Assembly: GCF_001194135.2 (NCBI RefSeq)
Contig: NC_068986.1
Coordinates: 77,820,668-77,856,611 of the forward strand
DNA length: 35,944 nucleotides
DNA from: Octopus bimaculoides
Lineage: Eukaryota
Direction: 5' to 3'
Positions 35,232 through 35,944 of the stretch are shown in pieces. A program made the position numbers and the translations under genes. Within the stretch, counting starts at the first letter, position 1; each line of letters begins with the position of its first letter. The notes beneath the pieces are model-generated. The model was not told where the DNA came from. It saw only the letters and a list, made by a program, of their open reading frames with translations, and did not search any database.

Positions 35232-35373
35232 CTGAAACACAGTAAGGATTGACCAGAGTAAGGAGTCGAAATTCTTTCGACTACAGTTGTGGTGGGCATA
35301 TGAGTACGTCTGCGTGGACATTATCCTTTTCTGGCCACAAAATTTACACCCAAATAAGTTCATTCCAAGGATG
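35232..35373 (-). CDS. Cav3: Internal coding exon of a T-type Ca channel (Cav3), domain II S5/turret/P-helix, exon 12a-like (tri-cysteine)
   Basis: Translates (S)[47 protein letters not shown], matching the Cav3 DII signatures SILGMxLFGCKF and [16 protein letters not shown]. Acceptor is gtgttttgcttcag|C, with a CTAAT branch-like motif at 35390-35394. Donor is CAG|gtatcg. Length is 142 nt, phase 2 to phase 0. Confidence 0.95.
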
Positions 35374-35440
35374 CTGAAGCAAAACACAAATTAGGAAACA
35401 TGTTAAACGTTGGTGATAATAATAATATTTATAATAACAT

Positions 35441-35476
<36 letters not shown>

Positions 35477-35500
35477 GGAGGAGGAGGAGGAGGAGGAGGG
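35441..35500. repeat. (GAT)n-(GAG)n array upstream of the 12a-like acceptor
   Basis: Directly visible. On the gene strand it reads (CCU)n then (UCA)n. Confidence 0.9.
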
Positions 35501-35783
35501 GAGGATAAGGACAGCATTTCACAATAGTGCAATATAGCAGCTTGATGGAGATCAAAATTTTTTGGAGAGGATAAAAATAAGAAAAGGGAAGAGTAGAAAT
35601 GGATGGGTGAGGGATGACAATAATGATGATGCAACTGATGATATTTAAGACGAGGCTTAAGAAGAAATGTATGCAGTGAGATGAGGAAAGCCAAGAGAAC
35701 GGATGTGTGATAATGTAGAAAGAGGAAGAAGTAGAGGACAAAGAAGCTAAAGAATGAGTCCTTTTTACTATGTGCACAAGGTC

Positions 35784-35885
35784 TGAAATTTGTGGGGAGA
35801 AGCCTAGTTGGTTGTATCAACTCCAATGTTCAATAAGTACCTATTTTATTGACCCTAAAATGATGAAAGGCCAAGTTAACCTTTG
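35784..35885 (-). mobile_element. SINE family B, 3' partial
   Basis: Contains aagtacctattttattgaccctaaaatgatgaaaggccaagttaacct. Confidence 0.6.
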
Positions 35886-35902
35886 TATGCATGATGTATG
35901 CA

Positions 35903-35944
<42 letters not shown>

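Noticed and set aside
35034-35387. 117-aa ORF as a stand-alone gene
   Set aside because: Homology stops at FQ|GT (35232). The rest is intron and microsatellite.
1-35944. CRISPR arrays, rRNA, true tRNA genes or prokaryotic systems
   Set aside because: None seen. The tRNA-like A/B boxes belong to degenerate SINE heads, and the repeats are dispersed or simple rather than repeat-spacer arrays.

Overview
This is a eukaryotic, AT-rich, microsatellite-saturated draft-assembly window with 7 N-gaps. The repeat landscape suggests an octopus or other coleoid cephalopod (inference). It lies inside a T-type voltage-gated calcium channel gene (Cav3) on the minus strand. Only two host exons are visible, 25 kb apart: 35232-35373 and 9739-10051. 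They are paralogous, both encode the domain II S5-turret-pore-helix segment, and both have the same splice phases (2 in, 0 out). This matches the mutually exclusive exon 12a/12b pair known to switch invertebrate Cav3 channels between Na+-permeable and more Ca2+-selective forms. The 12b-like exon is unusual: its turret holds a 72-residue Thr/Asn/Ser-rich, microsatellite-derived, glycosylation-prone loop and lacks the middle CxC. The introns contain candidate splicing elements (UGCAUG, UCAU arrays) and an ~825-bp foldback. They also hold a Penelope-type hammerhead ribozyme motif, several SINE families, RTE and CRE-like LINE remnants, mariner and maT-like DNA transposons, TTAA-flanked MITEs and some assembly artefacts. 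Almost all ORFs in the supplied track are microsatellite or gap artefacts.
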